Below, piece after piece: positions 60,781-64,000 of a stretch of 64,000 bases of DNA (position 1 is the stretch's first letter; the number at the start of each line of letters is the position of its first letter). The notes beneath the pieces were generated by a model. It did not search any database, was not told the DNA's origin, and saw only the letters and a list, made by a program, of their open reading frames with translations. The stretch covers positions 2,080,001-2,144,000 of the forward strand of contig CAXXLZ010000002.1 of NCBI GenBank assembly GCA_963675595.2. The letters are read 5' to 3'. The DNA is from Thermodesulfobacteriota bacterium (GTDB taxonomy: Bacteria > Desulfobacterota > Desulfarculia > JACQYL01). The position numbers and the translations under genes were made by a program.

Positions 60781-61200
60781 TCATTCGGAAGGGGAAGCGT
60801 CTTCGGCGGTGCCGGAGGAAGAGGGAGATCGCGGACCTTGGGAGCCGCCGGCCAACACCTCTTTTATCTTGGCTTCCAGTTGATCGATATCCAGAGGTTT
60901 GGTCAGATAGTCGAACGCACCCAGTGTAATGGCCTCGTGAGCCGTCTGAACCGTCGGGTAACCGGTAAGAATAAGCGCCTTCAGGTCGGGCCGATCCTTC
61001 CTGAGTTCCTCCAGTACCTGAATTCCCGTGGTTTCCTTCAACTTCAGATCGAGAACGGCCAAGTCCACCTCGTGCGCCCTCGCATAGTCGAGGGCATCCT
61101 TTGCCTCGGTAAAGGAAACCACCTCATAGGAAGGACGGAGGATCCTTTCCATGAGCATACAGGCGTCCTTTTCATCGTCCAGGATGAGTATCCGCTTCAT
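60781..61200 (-). CDS. single-domain response regulator
   Basis: ILILDDE, DLKL, LTGY, YLTKP. Confidence 0.9.
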   Translation of the reverse strand: MKRILILDDEKDACMLMERILRPSYEVVSFTEAKDALDYARAHEVDLAVLDLKLKETTGIQVLEELRKDRPDLKALILTGYPTVQTAHEAITLGAFDYLTKPLDIDQLEAKIKEVLAGGSQGPRSPSSSGTAEDASPSE

Positions 61201-61268
61201 GGGACTCCCCTTTCAAGGGCCTGCCTTAATAGGTCCGGGCCCCGATATCCGATTTGACCGTGCACCGT

Positions 61269-63146
61269 CTAAACGGATGCGCCTCGAAAGGCCTTGGCCA
61301 AGCCCGCCATGGAAACGGCCTTAATCTCTCTCGCGCACGCGGGACACAGATTTCTATGCAGTTTCACCGCTTGGTCCGCGTCCGCCACTTTGTCCACGTA
61401 ATCGATGTACTTGGCGGGAGCGTAATATTCTCCACAACTCTCACACCTGCTCAACTCGAGTCTGGCCAGCACCGTACCGCACTGCTCGATCCGCCGCTCT
61501 CCATTTTCGTCGACGGCTTTCAGACAACCTTGCGGGCAAATGTTCACGCAGGTGGCACACCCGATGCAATGCTCCCCGGGCCTGAGCAAATCCGTGAGCA
61601 ACATCCGGTCTTCCGTGGCTCCCATGAATTGAAGAGCACCCACTCCGACCTTGCTGCGACATACGTCCGCGCAATCCCCGCACCCGATACAAAGATCGCA
61701 CCGCAAGCAACGACGGGCTTCCAGTCGTGCGGTTTCCTCGTCAAAGCCCAACTCCACCTGCTCGAAGGAGTGTTTTCTTTGTTCCGGCGACAGCTTGGGC
61801 ACCTCGTGAGGCGGAATTTTCACTTTGTCGGCGGCGTCCAGATGGACAGGTTCCACCCGCATTCTGGGAACGGCTTCGGCAATTCTTTCCGGCATGGGCT
61901 GTCCCCTGAGGAAAGCGTCGATCCCGGCGGCGGCCCGCTTGCCCGCACCGATGGCCTCCACCACGGTCGCGGGGCCGGAGACCGAATCCCCTCCGGCGAA
62001 TACGTCCGGAACCGAGGTTTGCATGGAAGCCGGCACCACCATGATGGTTCCCCAGCGAGTGGTGTCCAGACCGGCGTCCGTTCCCAACCAGGAAAGGTCC
62101 GGCGCCTGACCGATGGCCGCGATCACCGCGTCGGCCTCAATGACGTGGTCGCTGCCGCGGATGGGAACAGGTCTGCGTCTTCCCGAAGAATCCGGCTCCC
62201 CTAGTTCCGCCTTCAGGCATTCAACACCCGTGACCTTGCCTTTCTCCCCCACGATCCGAACGGGGATGGTCAGGTAGTGGAATTGGACACCCTCTTCTTC
62301 GGCCTCCTCCACTTCCTCTCTGAGAGCGGGCATCTCATCCCGAGTTCTCCGGTATACCACCCGGACGTCCTCACTCTCCAATCGAACGGAGATGCGCGCC
62401 GCATCCATGGCGGCATTGCCGCCGCCCACGACCACCACACGTTCTCCCGCTTTGTCCCGTTCACCCAGAACCTGGCGATTGAGAAAAGTCACCGCATCCC
62501 ACACCTGCGGGAACTCCCTTTCTCCCGGAATCCCCAATCGGTGTCCCCGGTGCGCCCCGATTCCGATAAAGAACGCCTTGAACCCCTCGCGTCTTAGCTG
62601 TTCGATGGTGAAGTCGCCTCCAATGGGGGAATTGTAGCGGATTTCCACGCCCATTCTTTCCATGCGGGCCACTTCCTTGAGAATGACTTCCCGGGGCAGC
62701 CGGTATTCGGGAATTCCTACGGCCATCATCCCACCGGGCACGGGCAACGCCTCGAACACAACGACTTGATATCCCTTTTCGGTGAGGTAATAGGCGGCGG
62801 TCAGACCCGCCGGTCCCGCTCCGACCACGGCCACACGTTCCAGCATTTTGTCGGGAGGACGATATACGGTTTCATCCGTCATCCGGTCCACGTACTCGGC
62901 CACGAAGCCCTTGAGGGACTTGATGGCGATGGGTTTGTCCTGAAAGCCGCGCACACAGGCCCGTTCGCAGGGGTGAGGGCAAACCAGCCCACAGACCCAG
63001 GGGAACGGATTGTCCCTTCGGATCAAATCCACGGCCTCCCGGTACCTTCCATGAGCGATGAGCGCCACGTAGCTCGGCACGTCGATGCCGGCGGGACAAG
63101 CCAACTGGCACGGAGCGGAGATCAATTGTTGATTCGGAGTCAGCAT
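61269..63146 (-). CDS. GltD/NfnB-like FAD/NAD(P) Fe-S oxidoreductase with C-terminal ferredoxin domains
   Basis: PCQLACP, CGLVCPHPCERAC, GAGPAG, GGGNAAMD, EARRCLRC, two CxxCxxCxxxC. Confidence 0.9.
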   Translation of the reverse strand: MLTPNQQLISAPCQLACPAGIDVPSYVALIAHGRYREAVDLIRRDNPFPWVCGLVCPHPCERACVRGFQDKPIAIKSLKGFVAEYVDRMTDETVYRPPDKMLERVAVVGAGPAGLTAAYYLTEKGYQVVVFEALPVPGGMMAVGIPEYRLPREVILKEVARMERMGVEIRYNSPIGGDFTIEQLRREGFKAFFIGIGAHRGHRLGIPGEREFPQVWDAVTFLNRQVLGERDKAGERVVVVGGGNAAMDAARISVRLESEDVRVVYRRTRDEMPALREEVEEAEEEGVQFHYLTIPVRIVGEKGKVTGVECLKAELGEPDSSGRRRPVPIRGSDHVIEADAVIAAIGQAPDLSWLGTDAGLDTTRWGTIMVVPASMQTSVPDVFAGGDSVSGPATVVEAIGAGKRAAAGIDAFLRGQPMPERIAEAVPRMRVEPVHLDAADKVKIPPHEVPKLSPEQRKHSFEQVELGFDEETARLEARRCLRCDLCIGCGDCADVCRSKVGVGALQFMGATEDRMLLTDLLRPGEHCIGCATCVNICPQGCLKAVDENGERRIEQCGTVLARLELSRCESCGEYYAPAKYIDYVDKVADADQAVKLHRNLCPACAREIKAVSMAGLAKAFRGASV

Positions 63147-63183
63147 GACTTCACGCCTATCGTATAATTTCCATGGGTCAATC

Positions 63184-63690
63184 TTACCCGGCCCGCAACG
63201 ACACGATTTGTTCCCGTTCCCGAAGGCGATCTTCGGTAAGTTCTTCCTTGGGATCCAGGAAGAGGCAGCCCGTGATGCATTTCGTTACGCAGGCGGGTTT
63301 GAGTCCTTCATCAATGCGATCTTTGCACAGGTCGCATTTGACGGCTTTTCGAGTCTCGGGATTCCACTGAGGCACGCCCCATGGACAGGCATACATGCAC
63401 ATTTTGCAGCCGATGCATTTCTCCTGGTCCACGAAGACGATGCCGTCCTTCGCTCTTTTCTGCATGGCCCCGGTGGGACACACCGGCACACACCAAGGAC
63501 GCTCGCAGTGAAAACACGCGATAAAGGAAAAAGCCATTCGAGGAACCTGCCCCACCCACTTGGGTCCCACTTGGTAGATGCGGCACAGCCTGGGACCTTC
63601 GGGCAGGTTCTTGTTCGCTTTGCAGTGCACTTCGCACGAGTAACAGCCGATGCAGCGATCGATATCCTGGTAGAGAACATATTGGCTCAT
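63184..63690 (-). CDS. 4Fe-4S electron-transfer subunit (DmsB/PsrB-like)
   Basis: CIGCYSCEVHC, CFHCERPWCVPVCP, CIGCKMCMYACP, KCDLC...PACVTKC. Confidence 0.92.
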   Translation of the reverse strand: MSQYVLYQDIDRCIGCYSCEVHCKANKNLPEGPRLCRIYQVGPKWVGQVPRMAFSFIACFHCERPWCVPVCPTGAMQKRAKDGIVFVDQEKCIGCKMCMYACPWGVPQWNPETRKAVKCDLCKDRIDEGLKPACVTKCITGCLFLDPKEELTEDRLREREQIVSLRAG

Positions 63691-64000
63691 GCGGCTTTCT
63701 CCCGCTCCCCGGCGATCTTGCGTACGGTCACCGTGGGTTCCGAAAATGCGATTCCGCCTCCGGCGGGATCATAGAGGTTCAGACATCCTTTGGCCAGCCG
63801 CTGGTCGGCGAACCCGACTCCGAAAGCTCTTTTGAGCAAGGGAACGGTGCGACCGAATCCGTGGACCGTAAACACGCATTCCGGATGAATAAACGGCGTG
63901 GTCAACGCCTTCGCTCGGGCCTTGACGCCACCGGCCGTGATCTCCACCTCGTCCCCCGTTCGAATGTTCAGCGTCTGTGCGACGCCTTGATTGATCCAAA
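63687..64000 (-). CDS. molybdopterin oxidoreductase catalytic subunit, C-terminal fragment (runs off window)
   Basis: WIN...GDEVEI...A..T.FIHPECVFTVHGFG dinucleotide-binding domain, upstream of DmsB-like gene. Confidence 0.75.
   Translation of the reverse strand, partial: WINQGVAQTLNIRTGDEVEITAGGVKARAKALTTPFIHPECVFTVHGFGRTVPLLKRAFGVGFADQRLAKGCLNLYDPAGGGIAFSEPTVTVRKIAGEREKAA

Overview
GC-rich window from a probable Desulfobacterota (deltaproteobacterial) anaerobe. 1-6.9 kb is the core rpoB(5' part)-rplL-rplJ-rplA-rplK-nusG-secE-tRNA-rpmG-tuf-tRNA cluster. Next come a RACo/ASKHA protein, mqnD, cvpA, a MazG-RNase III fusion, a radical SAM gene, era, an orphan DNA methyltransferase, an IS4-disrupted chemoreceptor and two DUF1566 genes. 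21.1-29.8 kb is a Cys/thiol-based arsenic-resistance operon. The main result is at 30.0-39.6 kb. What the ORF track shows as short broken ORFs is a selenoprotein cluster under a second ArsR: seven genes carry 10 (possibly 11) in-frame UGA codons, most at positions where Cys is expected, each followed 17-36 nt downstream by a SECIS-like hairpin with a G-rich (mostly GGU) loop. It contains TsoA/B/C-like proteins, a UxxC DsrE, an HMA chaperone with a double-Sec MxUxxU motif, an ArsM-like methyltransferase fused to a CxxU AhpD/CMD domain, and a divergent stand-alone 26-aa selenopeptide gene. Two identical IS4 copies inserted in tandem split the operon. The rest holds an adenylate cyclase, ZraSR/ZraP, a VWA-TSP3-OmpA protein, ahbA, yjbQ, a propeller/CFI-box/beta-barrel fusion, nadK, a C1A peptidase, trkHA and part of a molybdopterin oxidoreductase operon. 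All calls come from manual reading and recalled family motifs; no database searches were run.
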